Part shown: one piece after another, positions 1-12,829 of the stretch
How the letters are laid out: every line of letters starts with the position of its first letter
How positions within the stretch are numbered: position 1 is the first letter of the stretch
Assembly: GCF_036321535.1 (NCBI RefSeq)
Contig: NC_087436.1
Location: 39,248,001-39,312,000 of the forward strand
Length of the DNA stretch: 64,000 nucleotides
Source: Camelus dromedarius
Lineage: Eukaryota
Direction of reading: 5' to 3'
The notes under the pieces: model-generated
Told to the model about the DNA's origin: nothing
Databases searched by the model: none
Seen by the model: only the letters and a program-made list of their open reading frames with translations
Made by a program: the position numbers and the translations under genes

Positions 1-181
1 AAAATCTATTTAAAGATTTCAGAAGTGCTGAACCTAACCTACCTAGTCCTAACTAGGATTAGGAACTGCCAAAATTTCAGAGAAGGGCAAGAAGCTGAGA
101 GTATAGCCTTTGCCCAAAGAGAGGACTGCTGCTGGGAGCAAAGAAATCAGCAGAGCCTTCATTGAGCTCATGGAGCTAGGG

Positions 182-406
182 CAGTAGTGCTCAACCAAGG
201 GTAATTTTCCTTGCAGGGGACATTTGACGATGTTTGGGGGCACTTTTGACTGTCATGATGTGGGTTAGGGGATGGTTTGCTGTGGCATTTAGTGAGTAGA
301 GGCCAGGATGCAGCTAAACACCCTACAATGCACAGGACAGCCCTCCATCCCCAACGAGAAATTATCTGGTCCAAAATGTCAATAGTACCTCAGTTGTAAA
401 ATCCTG
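182..406 (+). mobile_element. MER20-like hAT-Charlie MITE
   Basis: CAGTAGTGCTCAACC start, GGGGACATTTG, TAGAGGCCAGGATGCAGCTAAACACCCTACAATGCACAGGACAGCCC, and CCAAAATGTCAATAGT...CCTG end match the MER20 consensus. Confidence 0.85.
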
Positions 407-447
407 GACTACAGAAACAAAACGAAATTGGAGGCTTAGAATCTTAG

Positions 448-460
448 ACACATACACGCG

Positions 461-505
<45 letters not shown>
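448..505. repeat. Compound (CG)n(CA)n microsatellite
   Basis: ACACATACA, then about 6 CG units, then about 18 CA units. Confidence 0.95.
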
Positions 506-506
<1 letters not shown>

Positions 507-1234
507 AAAGTGTATATTATTCTTATTTCTGGTTTGGTTCAGACATTTGCTAGGGATCATTTTGTTTAGATACTTACATTCTCAGGTATGGAAGTTTCCT
601 GCCCCTATTAAATCCCATGCATGAAGTGTTCTGAACCATCTTCATTCACTCAGGTCCCAGTCCCACCTCAGCAACATTCATCCTCAGCAAAGCGGCTCAT
701 CACTTACCCTATTTGATTAAAATCATCCTACCAATGCTTTGTCTACTGCCTTCCTGTCCACATATTTTTTTCTAACTTCACTCATTCTTTTCCATCTTTA
801 AGAATGTATTTCTTTTTTATCAAGAAAATGGCTTATCTCCTTTCTCCCATCTCCTTCTCCTTCAAAATCACTTTTTCTTTACCCTGCTATCTTTCTAGGT
901 TATTCCCGATCCCTCTCCTTCTTTTTTAGCCAAAGTCATGGAAAGAGCAGTCAACATGAACTGTGTCCACTTCATTATAATCCAGAGACTGTTTCAGTGA
1001 CTCTCTGCAAATGCCTTTTTAGTCAAATCTCAGCTGTAAAACCAATGGTCTTCCTTTAGTCACAATACTTACTGTTCAAGATCTCCTGTGTCCTCCTCTG
1101 ACACTAACTTTATTCCCCTTCTATCATCATTTTTTTGCCCCGTCACTATCCCACCCACTAAATATACCCCACAAGATTCTGTGTTCAGTATGCCAGTTAT
1201 CACAGTACCTCTCAGCTTCAAATCCACCCTTCTG

Positions 1235-1520
1235 CATTTTGTGGTGCTTGAGCTGGGACTCAGGCTGCATTTCTGTTTTGCCAGCACCTCCTTATTAGGT
1301 CTGCCAATAGGGGGCGCTAGAGGGAGCCTACAAGGCCAGAGAAGAGAGAAGGGACTTGGGCCTACCTGTTTCCAGTTCCTATAGCAGGTTGTTCCGATAG
1401 TGGACTTTGATTCTACTCTGTAGCTACTCCCACCCTTACAGAACCAGTCTCATGACTTCTTGCAGTTGCTACCTGCATGATGCCTTGGTGTTCTTACACA
1501 CCTTTTCAGTTGTTTAATAA
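1235..1520. mobile_element. Old ERVL-class LTR fragment (LTR41/LTR33-like) containing a CTCF-like motif
   Basis: GCATTTCTGTTTTGCCAGC...TTAGGTCTGCCAATAGGGGGCGCTAGAGGGAG resembles the LTR41/LTR33 family. Boundaries uncertain. Confidence 0.5.
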
Positions 1521-2339
1521 CAGAGCCAGTAATACATAGAATGGACATTATTATAACCATCATCACCTTATTTATTCAACAGCAGAGTAATGTTACTTGC
1601 TTATATCTTAGAACATTTTGAGCTTACTTTTCCCCTGACTGACATGAAGGGTATATGGAATTTTGGCATTCATTTAGTATACTGATGTTAACCATGAGGA
1701 AAGATGTGGCCTCTAAGGTGTAACTCGCAGCCAAGTTCACCCTTCCATCATGCCTCCAAATAAGGCTTCCATTACTTGTTGTGGGATGCCAGAAATTATG
1801 GTAGGAGTGGAAGGGGGACCTAAAACTGGGAGAAGTTTGAAAAGTTGAATGATGGAGGGGGTTTCAGTGTCTTCTACATAAACTTTGATGAAATGAGCAC
1901 CTTTGGGCTAAACTAAGGACATACATAGCCTCTGTCTCAGGATGTAGTAGGCGGCGTTGATAAAACTGAAGATTTAGTCACTCAGGCTTATATATTTTTT
2001 ATATCATACCTAAGGCCCCCAGGAACCACGATTATTCAAAGAAAGCTTCTAGGTGTGGTAACATCATAGGGGAATGTGTTCTGTGTTGAGTTGTGAGGTC
2101 ACTGAGAAGGGAGTCAAGCCTGGAAGGCTCTGAGACAGGTGCCCTCGCACTGACTCAGATTTACACCTTTCATTTTGCATCTTCAGGCTTATATAGGGAA
2201 GAAGGCCTTGATAGAGAAAGGGATCTTTGGGCCTAGAAACAGGAAAGCTATGAACACACAAAATCTGCCACCAAAATAAAAGAGCAGATTAGGAATCCTT
2301 AGAGTTTTAGGCCTCCCAGCCATATGGGGAAACTGAGGG

Positions 2340-2480
2340 GCAACACGTATTAAAATGTTACAAGGGGGGCAAGGCGACATATGGGAAATCTCTGTACCTT
2401 CCTCTCAATTTTGCTATGAACATAAAACTGCTCAAAAAATAGCCTTTTTCAAAAATGTTATAAGGTTTTAAAAAAAATTT
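2340..2480 (+). mobile_element. Old L1M 3' UTR end fragment
   Basis: ATATGGGAAATCTCTGTACCTTCCTCTCAATTTTGCTATGAACATAAAACTGCTC followed by an A-rich tail. Confidence 0.7.
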
Positions 2481-4729
2481 GTAATTGTCTTAGCCCAACT
2501 ATTTTTAATCAAGATTCTATCCCACAACGAATAATAGTAAAATCCTCAAAGAAGTGTCCACTGTGCTTGTTTTCAGGGCAGCAAGGCAGTGGGAGCTGGA
2601 GAGACTATATATATCCTCCTCATTATGTGTCTAGAATCAAAAGGCCAGCAAGCAACAAAAAAGATACCAGTAGTGTTCAACAGAATGGTGAATAGGGCTA
2701 CTGCCCGTGGTTCCTGTGCAGCAGGAAGAAATGAGAGCACGGAAAGCCAGCCTAGCATCAAGAACTGACCCTGAGGGTTTCATGGCCAGGAAGCCCTGTG
2801 GTTTTCAACTATGTGGAAGTACAGATTCTGAAGAAAGCAAGAGAACTGTAAGTTATACAAGAAATCACCACCACTTCTTGATTCTTGCAATTTTATCTCA
2901 CCACTATTTCTCCCCAAATTACTTTTATAAGTCAAGGTACCCAAAAAACCTCTCAAAAAAAAGGCCCCTCACTTTCTTTAAAATGAATAGAAACACTCTA
3001 AATGTATCTTAGTTATGATATAATGATTAATGTTATTCAAATAAATGGTTCTAGGAAAATCTACATGACTGTTAGTATGAAAGCATTCTACTCAACTGGA
3101 AATTAAAGACAAGCTTAAACTTTACAGTGGAATTCAGTGATTCTCTTTTAATTTATATTCATCTTATATTGATCAGTGAAGAAATTAAAAATTTTAGCCA
3201 TTTCACAGATTATTTAAAACATTTGGTTAAAAACATCTATCCTGTTTCCGTGAACTGTATGCTTCTCTGTAATTCTGGAAAATCCAGAAATTTTTCCATT
3301 GAAGGTTTTCTACTGTCAAATGCAATCCAGTCTATTAACTTACTATGTCTTGGTTGGCCTTTGGGGTTATCGGGTGTTTTTAAAAATTATTATGTAATAT
3401 GCACACCCATCACAATCTATCGTGCCCTCAGTTTAATATGGGTACCGTTTATGAAGTTTCCTGGGGAGTTGGGTTGCTCTTTATGGTTGTTACTTATATT
3501 ACTGCTACTAACAGTTTCTTGAGATAAAGAATTTTCTCACATTTGGTATTTCTTTTACATTGCTTTTGCATTGATCATTATATCATAACTGAGCAGTACA
3601 AAAGAAATTACCCAGCACTTTTAATGTAGAAACGCCAAGAAGAAAGGCTTGTCTTTATTTTGTTCCTTTAATGTTTGAAAAAGAATGGGGGATGACAGGT
3701 TCTGCAAAAATTGTCCAAAGTTTAACATAATATAAATAGCTCAATTACACATTTATTAATAAATTATTTTGAAGCCAAGATTTTCTTTCACATTATAAAA
3801 ATAAAAGCCTATATTTTGGGCTTATACCTATACAGAATAAATTTGTTGAAAAATTTTTGTAGATTGTTTTTAAAAACAAAGCAAATTCACATCCTTTATT
3901 TAAAATGCCACATAGAACTTTTAAAAAGGAGGATGTCTGTTATTTCTATACAATCGAAGGCTCTGTGCACCTTCTTCTTCACATTAAAAAGAGAACAAGA
4001 GGAAACACTGGTTTTTTTAGAACATACAAATTTTAAATACTCAGTGATCTGGAGTGATTTCTATGCATCCAGATACAAACAGTGGCATAGTATTAAGCTT
4101 TGCTAGTGAGGAGGCCTTGGTCCTGTCATAGCTTTTACAATCCTCCTTGATAAATTTAGACATCTCAGAACCAGACATTTGCTAACTCTGAGGAAGAAGA
4201 AGGTACAAGGCTACTCACTTCAAAAAATGATTATTGAGAGCCATCAATGTGTTCAACCCTATTATGTGATCCAATAGATAAAGAGATCATTCATTTCACA
4301 GGACATTTGTTGAATACCTACAATGTGCCTGGCACGAAGTGCTAGGTGCTGGGAATAAAGGTAACATATGGTCTCTACCCACAACTCACTGGCTAGTTGT
4401 GGGCCCAAGTGTAAACGCAAATCACAATATGCCATATGATGTGTGCTATAACAGAGGTAGATTCACTAGGTTATAGTATCTCAGAGGAAAATAAAATAAT
4501 TACACTGGGGGTGGTGATGAAAGGAGTGCTTATGGAACGCTGCTAAAAGAAGAAATCACATCTGGGCTGGACTTTGTAGCCAGAGAGAGAGAAGAAAGAA
4601 AAGTAGAAGTAGGTAAGAAGGGAAGCAGAGAGGAAGAGAGGGAGGAAAGCTGAAGGATAATGCAAAGGGGGGGGGTGCTAACTAACAAGGACATGGAGAC
4701 ATAAGTAAGCATGTACATTTAAGGACTAC

Positions 4730-5068
4730 TGTGAAAAATAAATAAATAAGCAGAAACCTCAATTACACAGAGTTAGGAGACCAGACAGGTGAGCTCTCAT
4801 GCCCTGTGACAATAGCAAAGCCCAACAGGAAGCAGAAAGACCTCTTCTTTCCTGGCAAGGGCTCATCCAGTGAGAAGCCACGGGACTCTGTCGCCTGGTG
4901 CCCTCCCAACTTCCTTTCCCCTCTATAAAAGTGCTCTTCCCTTGCCCTGCTGGAGATTGCATGTGGCTCACCGTGGTTGTAGACCCTGAAGTGCAGTTTT
5001 CTGCTGATCCTGAGTAAACCTGTCTTTGCTGGAGAAATTTCTGGCAGTCTATTTGTTTTAAATCAACG
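4730..5068 (+). mobile_element. Solo LTR (ERV1-class), about 339 bp
   Basis: Starts TGTGAAAA and ends TCAACG (degenerate CA). 4-bp TSD CTAC at 4726-4729 and 5069-5072. TATAAAA at 4924 and AGTAAA poly(A)-like signal at 5013. Confidence 0.75.
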
Positions 5069-5391
5069 CTACTAACTGAGAGCCATGGCTATGGAACAAA
5101 GGCTGGGGCGGGGGCAGTGTTGGAATGCTGGAGCTGAAGCTGGAAGCCTTGACTATGGAATATAAATGACCGTGGTGCTACGGTAACTTTGGACTTTGTC
5201 TGACAGGTATGAAGAGCTGACAAATGTTGTTAAGCAAATAAATGAGAGTTTGAGGGGGGGTTTGGTGATTATGTTGTTTTGTCATGTTGGGGTGCTGTTT
5301 AGATGCATGCTTTAGAAGGTTCCTTTGGGAGTAGTGTGGGAGCCAGAAGGTATGTCCTGGTGCCTCTGCTACTAATAGCAATTAGTCAGCT

Positions 5392-5555
5392 CTTTTTTTT
5401 TTCCCCCAGTTTTTTTTTTTTTTTCGGTGGGGGGAGGTAATTAGGTTTTTTGTTTGTCTGTTTATTTATTTATTTCTAGAGGCAGTCCTGGGGATTGAAC
5501 CCAGGACCTCATGCATGCTAAGCATGTGCTCTACCACTTGAGTTATACCCTCCCC
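5392..5555 (-). mobile_element. tRNA-derived SINE (camelid Vic-1-like)
   Basis: Minus strand reads GGGGAGGGTATAACTCAAGTGGTAGAGCACATGCTTAGCATGCATGAGGTCCTGGGTTCAATCCCCAG (pol III A and B boxes), then AAATAAATAA...TAATTACCTCCCCCC and a poly(A) tail. Confidence 0.85.
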
Positions 5556-5654
5556 GCAATCAGTTCTTGAAAAAGAGCTGTGAGAGATGAGGGGATCCAA
5601 GCTACATCAGTGACAATAGAAATGAAAAATTATTGTCAGCTCTTGCCTGAGGTG

Positions 5655-5905
5655 ACATAGTGTGGGGACAGGCTCTGGAAACAAACAATTAGATTGGAAT
5701 CCTGGATTTCCAGTTATTAATGGCATAAACTTTGAAGTTACTTAACCTCTCTGAAACTCAGCTTTTTTTTTTAAATCTGTAAAAGAGTAATAAAAGTAAT
5801 ATCTACCTCACAAAGTTGTTAGGGAGATTAAATGAGTTAACATATTTAAAGCATTTAGAATGAATAGTATCTGACATGTAGTGATTATCATATGTGTTAG
5901 TGATT
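5655..5905 (+). mobile_element. MIR SINE
   Basis: Core AAGTTACTTAACCTCTCTGAAACTCAG...CTGTAAAA...GGGAGATTAAATGAG. Confidence 0.8.
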
Positions 5906-6459
5906 ATTAATATTTTATACTCAGAGGAGAAATAAATCTCACATTTTTGGAATGGAGGAAGAAGAGAGCATTTAATTTGGAATGTAAGGTGGAGGAAAAC
6001 TGCCAAAAGGCAAAGACTGCTGGAGTGCAGAAGGTACTCCAGGTTGGGGTAACAGCAAGAGCTAAGGCTCAGAGCAGGGAAAGGATAGGAGATGTTCAGC
6101 CTCCAGTACAAGGTTCAGAGGTTCATTCTTCAACAGGAAAAAAATTTTTCTTTATCTGGGAATCTAAGGGCCAGGAAGAATCAACCTTGTCTCTTAATAA
6201 GGGTCCATAAAAATTTAACATCCAATTGTGATACTTTTGAGAGAGAAAAGAACACTAAAATTGATGAAAATTAAATAATTTAATATATTTCTAATATATT
6301 TTTGAAGTATTTCTTGTCCAAAAATTTTTTCTTCAAAAATTATTTTAAAATATGTCTTTCTAGGAAAAAATAATATCGTACTATATACATTAAAGGAAAT
6401 TTTTTTAATTTAAAAAGTTTAAAAACTTCCATCTGAACATTTAGAGATGACTTTAGTGT

Positions 6460-7160
6460 AATAATTACAAGAAAAGAAAATTACAGGTTAATATCTGTCA
6501 TAAGCACAGATGCAAAAGTCCTGTACACGATATGAGCAAATCTAATAAATCTAATAAACATCAAGACCAAATGGAGTTTGTTCCAGAAATGCAAAACTGA
6601 TTTAATATTTAAAATTCAATCAATGTAATTTACTACATTAACAGAATAAAGGAAAAGAACATAAAGTTATTTCAATAAATGCAGAAAAACTATGATCAAG
6701 GTGGGGGGAAAAACAGCCTCTCAGCAAAGTAGGAATGGAAGGGAACTAGGGAACTATCTTATTTCATCAAGATTATCTTTTAAAAAAATCAACAACTACA
6801 TTTTACTTAATGGTGAATTTTGAACATTTGCCTCTTGGGTTGGAATTAAGATAAGGATGATTACTATAACCACTTCTGTTCTACATTATACTGGAGGTAC
6901 TAGTCAATACAAGGCGAGAAAAATAAAACAGACAAAAGATAAAAGAAAAAGTATTTTTTCTGAGAAAAAAAGTAAAGTTGTCATTTGCAGATGACATAAC
7001 TATGTATGTATGTAAAAAATCTAAAAGAATGTACAAACTATTAGGGTTAATAAGCACAGCTATTGGAAATAATATAAATATCCAAAACTCAATTGTATTC
7101 TATATACTAGAAACAATTAGAAAATGAAAATAAATTTTAAACAGCTTTTAAAATGGTACT
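6460..7160 (+). mobile_element. Degraded L1 ORF2 fragment
   Basis: ACAGATGCAAAAGTCC, TCAATAAATGCAGAAAAA and TTTGCAGATGACATA (FADD RT motif) are typical of L1 ORF2; many stop codons. Confidence 0.8.
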
Positions 7161-7740
7161 GAAAAACAAAACATAGTCTTTCATATTAACATAGCTGGTT
7201 AGTCACAGTTCATTTTAAAAAGGATTAAAATTCTTAAGCAGCAACATCATAGCTCTATTTGCCATTCCCTGAATTCAAGTGATATCAGAGATACAGATAA
7301 GGCTGCCAGAGACTTGCTTCATTTTTGGGCTCAAGTCCCCCAAATCATTGAGCCCTTGTAGCTTTCTGTGAAAAATACGGAAACTTGGAAGAATGTTTTA
7401 TGAAGTCACTTTGAAGAAATGGAGTACGCTCAGTTTTACAGAGCGCCTTAAGTTAAATGATTCTCCTACACCTGTTAGTATATGTGAACCCCCAATGACT
7501 TGAACTTTAGAACTTAAGAGGCTTCCAATTCTAGTACTAAAAAATAATCTGTAAGAAGAATTTTGTCAAAGATTTATAATTAGTGATAAAACAAGGATGT
7601 TGTTCTCATACTTAAATTCTCACTGTGCTTTGCTCTCTTGGGCTTAAAGGCAGAATGCTAACATGATAGCCTTAACAATTAGTGCCTAGAGGACATGTCA
7701 GTTTGAAAATTGCCTAAATATAGAGCAAGAAATAACTTCT

Positions 7741-8133
7741 TTAAGACTTAAAAAACAAAATTCAACTGAATAAAATTTAAAGATCTTATTGGCTTTATTG
7801 AGCAATTCATAAATCAGGGAGCATCCGATCTAGCAGATAGAAAGGGCTTCTGAGGAGCTGTTCAAAATTAAAGGCTTTTATAGGCAGAAGGGAGTGGGAA
7901 CAAGAAACTTATACTAGGCAAAAAGCAGATTGGTTATCGCAAGATTATATTCCTTCAGGGGATGGCCAGGGTCTATCAGGCAAATTACCTGATTACTGCT
8001 GAGCAGGTGATTCCTGACTGAATGATTTAAGATTCCACTTCTGTGAGAGCCCAAACTGTAATTAAGTCTTGGTTTGGTGACATGGGGCTTAGCATGAGTG
8101 ACTCCATTTGGGACTATTGTCTTATCTTTAAAA
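7741..8133 (-). mobile_element. Solo LTR (ERV1, MER34/MER41-like)
   Basis: Minus strand has CCCAAATGGAGTCACTCATGCTAAG near its 5' end, CCAAT, TATAAAAGCC, and AATAAAGCCAATAAGATC near its 3' end. Confidence 0.65.
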
Positions 8134-9394
8134 AAGCAAATTTTGATGGTGATGTGTATGATTTACTGAGGAAGGGCAAAATGTTCACAGCTTTTATGCC
8201 CAATTATATGAGGAAGGCATTCTCTTCAGTTACAAAAATGACAGGTCACACATTTCCATAGGAGTCTTGACTTCAGAATCTATCGCATGCATGCTAAGAG
8301 CAGAAACAACGATTATAAAGGCAGAGAAACACCACTCATTTGCTAACTCAGGTGATTCAGTGACATGAGGTTTTTTTATGAGCCCGTAACTGTAGTGATG
8401 TTTTTCAGAACCTTGTAGGCCCCTGATGCTTGGAAGTAGGGAGCTGTTTCTCTTAAAAGGGCTAACAGAGAGAGGCAAGAAATAAGTAAAGGAAGCAAAA
8501 CAGTTACAAATTAGAAAAGAAAAAAGATTATGTGAAAACCACTTGAGAAATTAGCTGACATCTGTGGAGAGAATATTGAGAATGAAAATAATCAATATTT
8601 AACAAAGCTAAAGTTTTATGACAGAGGGGTGAAATCTCTTACAAGTCAGATTTTCCCTCATTTATATTTCTGTTTAAAAGAGTCTTTCATTGTCAACTGT
8701 ATGGTGAACTTAGTGGGGTAACAAGTGGTTTGAAACTATGGTAGGGACGGTAGAGCATATGGTAATACATTTAAACTAATTAAACAGGACAGAAAGCTCA
8801 ACCCCAGAAATAGGAGTCTGTCTCACCTCTCTTTGAGAGTTGATGGAAGGTCATCCTCTCTAAGATTTTGGTTTCCCACCTTCTGCTTCTCACTTAGAGA
8901 CACTTTGCGACTGCTTTCTGTAAAGATGGGATCTTAAAGCTGAAATTTAGAGGTAGAAGAAGTGGCCTTCATAGTTAAAGCATCGTTCTACAAGACCAGA
9001 TTCACACCTTCCCTTGGATGGCTTGGAAACTGTCGATGCAAGTCACGGTAAGAAGGCATAGAGCCTAGAAAGGCTGAAGCTGAGAGCCAGATTCCTAGGA
9101 ACTCAAGGACTGTGTACAGTGTTGGGTTAAAGTAAGGCATAAATGGATGACTTCCCGTCCCCTCCCTTCTTCTCCTCCCCTCTCTCTCTGATTTGGGGGG
9201 GGGGGGGGGTGAGGGGGAATGTGCCTGCATACACACATGCATTTTAATGTGTGTATGTGTATATATTGATCTGACTCTTTTTTTTTTTTAAGTTTGCTTC
9301 AAAGTATCCTCTGGAAATGCAGTTATAATTCAAAGTTTGCTTAACTTTTAAAGTAAGCTTTTTAAGAAAAATATGGAAAATGTGGAATCAGAAA

Positions 9395-9570
9395 AGGCAC
9401 TGGAGCATAGATTGAGAGATCTGGGTTCTAGTCCCAGCTTTTCAAAATCCATGTGACCGTGAGCTTGACTATTTAAACCTCAGCCTTCCCATCTGGGAAA
9501 TGAAAGTATTGGATGGACTAGAATGATTTTTAAGGGTTCTTCCAACTCTGATATTTGATTATTCTATGAA
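9395..9570 (+). mobile_element. MIR/MIR3 fragment
   Basis: GATCTGGGTTCTAGTCCCAGC...CCTCAGCCTTCCCATCTG...AAGGGTTCTTCCAACTCTGA. Confidence 0.7.
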
Positions 9571-10855
9571 ATCTGAGTTAAGCAGAGAGGTACCTTTGCA
9601 CAGCACATTAACCTCTGGTAGAGGCATACCTAAATTATAAGAGCAGGGAAAGACAAAATCAGCTTCTGAAATACTGAAATTGTCCCCCTCAACAAATGAG
9701 TCCTTGCTTGTAACAAAGTAAGGGGGAAAAAAAAAAAAAGGATCACGTTATAGCAACATGTAGTATTTGTTACAAGTGAAGGGGCTAAAATTAGCCAAGT
9801 CAAAGAATATATGCATAAAATCACCAAAAGACAAGTGCCAGCATGTATGCTGGGCTGTCCTTACCAAATCTTCTAAGTGAGATAGATAATGCAAATAAAA
9901 TTTAGGTATCAAATAATGCAATTACAGTAACAAATAACAGTAACTGGGAAGCAAACATGCTCACTAGAGAACAGTGTTTTGACAGATACACTTGTGTGTA
10001 TCTACTTGGCTTGACCACTTACCAGCTCTGTGTTCTTGGGTAAGTTAATTATGTGTTCATTGCAAACAATTTGAAAAATATAAAAAGATGAAAAAATGAA
10101 AAAAAGCCTCAATGCAAGGAATTCTGGAAAATGTTGTTTTTGCTTTCCAACCTTGATACTAAAAAACAAACCAGAACAGGTGTTTCTGTATTTGTGATGC
10201 TTATCACTTTTACCTAGAACATCATTTAAACACAGGTGTTAGAGTCATTTCCTTTAAGAGCTCAAGCAGACACAAATGTTCACTGTCAAGTTTATTAATC
10301 AACATTATTCTGGAAGTTTCAATGAATGTAGTAAAAAAATGTTAAATTAAATAATTTGTGAAACCACTGGAATCAAAAAATATAGGGCTAATGATGAGCT
10401 ATGTATCTTTTTTAAAAACCCAAATTTCAGTTTTCAAGTAATGAAATTAAAAACAGAAGTTGATAATGCAATCATATGTATTTAGAAATCAATAGCTTTT
10501 TCTTTATTGGCAATAAAGAGACAAAAATGAGAAAAAGCAAACACACATAAAACAGATAGTAGGAAAGAATTAAGTTAAAAAGAAAAATACAGGACCTATA
10601 TTTTCTTTAAATTCCCAGAAACCAAAAGAATTTATACTAACAATTGAAGGGCCCAAGGGCAAAACAATCAACAGAGCATGTTCTTGGCTGGAAAAATCTT
10701 AATATCACAAAAATATCAAGCCTATAAAAAAATAAATTCAATTAAAAATATGTAATAGCTTGAGATATAATGAAATACAGTAAACTGTACATATTTAAAT
10801 ATACAATTTGATATCCACACACCTGTTAAACCATTATCACAATCAAGATAATGAA

Positions 10856-12829
10856 TGATATCTTCATTAATTTACATAAGGCTGTTCAGCCTTCCAACAT
10901 CACTTGCTGAAGAAACTGTCTTTTCTGCATTGCATATTCTTGCCTCCTTCATTGTAGATTAATTGGCCATAGATGTGTGGGTTTATTTCTGGGCTATTTT
11001 GTTCCATTGATCCATGTGTCTGTTTTTGTGCCAATACTATGCTGTTTTGATTACTGTAGCTTGTAGTATTGTCTGAAATCTGAGAGGGTTATGTCTCCAG
11101 CTTCATTCTTTTTCTTCAGTGTTGCTTTAGCAATTCTGGATCTTTTGTGGTTCCATATACATTTCAGGATTATTTGTCCTAGTCCTGTGAAAAATGTCCT
11201 GCATAATTTGATAGGGATTGCATTAAATCTGTAGGTTGCTTTGGGTAGTATGGCCATTTTAAGGATATTATTCTCAGCATGTAAGTCTTTCATCTCCTTG
11301 GTCAGGTTTATCCCTAAGTAATTTTTGGATGCAATTTTAAAAGGGGTTTTTTTCTTTTTACTTTCCTTTTCTGATATTTCATTGTTAGTGTAAAGAAATG
11401 CAGCAGATTTCTGTATGTTAATCTTGTTTCCCGCTACCTTGCTGAGTTCATTTATCAGCTCTAGTAGTTTTTGTGTGGAGTCTTTAGAGTTTTCTATATA
11501 TAGTATCATGTCATCTGCATATAGTGACAATCTTACCTCTTCCCTTCCAATTAACATTCACTCCTTCACACCACACACAAAAATAAACTCAAAATGGCCT
11601 AAAGACTTAAACATAAGACGGGACACCGTAAAAACATTCTCTGACATAAAACGTAGCAATGTTTTCTTAGGTGAGTCTTCCAAGGCAATAGAAATAAAAG
11701 CAAAAATAAACAAATGAGACCTAATCAAACTCCTAAGCTTTTGCACAGCAAAGGAAACCAGAAACCAAACAAAAAGACGGAATGGGTGAAGATACTTGCA
11801 AAAGATGTGACTAACAAGAGCTTGATTTCCAGAATATGCAAACAACTCATACAACTCGGTAACAAAAAATAACCCAATCAAAAATGTGCAGAAGACCTAA
11901 ATAGACATTTCTCCAATGAAGACATACAAATGGCCAGCGAGCACATGAAAAGGGGTATCGCTAATTGTCACTATTTATCAGAGACTATCGCTAATTATCA
12001 GAGAAATGCAAATCACAACTACAGTGAGGTATCACCTCACACTGGTCAGACTGACCATCATTAAAAAGTCAACAAATGATAAATGCTGGAGAGGTATGGA
12101 GAAAAGGGAACACTCCTACACTGTTGGTAGGAATGTAATCTGGTGCACCCATGATGGAAAACAGTATGAAGATTCCTTAAAAAACTAAAAATAGACTTAT
12201 CATGTGATCCAGCAATCCCACTCCTGGGCATATATCCAGAGAAAACTCCAATTGGAAAAGATACATGCACCCCAGTGTTCATAGCAGCACTGTTTACAAT
12301 AGCCAAGACATGGAAACAACCTAAATGTCCATTGACAGATGACTGGATAAAGAAGATGTGGTATATAATATATATAATGGAATACTACTCAACCATAAAA
12401 AGAATGAAATAATGCCATTTGCAGCAACATGGATGGACCTAGAGGTTATCATACTAAGTGAAGTAAGTCAGACAGAGAAAGACAAATACCATTATGACAT
12501 CACTAATATGTGGAATCTTAAAAAAATGACACAAGTGAACTTATTTACAAAATAGAAACAAACTCACAGACACAGAAAACAAACTTATGACTACCAAAGG
12601 GGAAAGGGGGCTGGAGAGGGATAAATCAGGAGTTTGTGATTAGCAGATACAAACTGCTGTATATAAAATAGATAAACAACAAGGTCTTACTGTCTAGCAC
12701 AGGGAACTATATTCAATATCTTATAATAACCTCTAATAAAAAATATATATATAACTGAATCACTATGCTCTACACAAATTAATACAGTATTGTAAATCAA
12801 CTATACTTCAATTAAAAAATTAAATTAAA
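10856..12829. mobile_element. Lineage-specific L1 with 5' inversion (minus-strand ORF2 piece ~10860-11553; plus-strand 3' end ~11554-12829)
   Basis: The minus piece encodes [13 protein letters not shown]...YLGINLTKE. The plus piece encodes the ORF2 C-terminus (MPFAATWMDLEVIILSEVSQTEKDKYH), then a 3' UTR and A-rich tail. TSD AAGATA(A/G)TGAA at 10845-10855 and 12830-12840. Confidence 0.9.

Noticed and set aside
5480..5555. tRNA-like sequence on the minus strand
   Set aside because: It is the head of a SINE with an A-rich tail, and the acceptor stem is not intact, so it is not a tRNA gene.
11051..11557. 168-aa reverse-transcriptase-like ORF
   Set aside because: An internally deleted, inverted L1 ORF2 fragment, not a functional gene.
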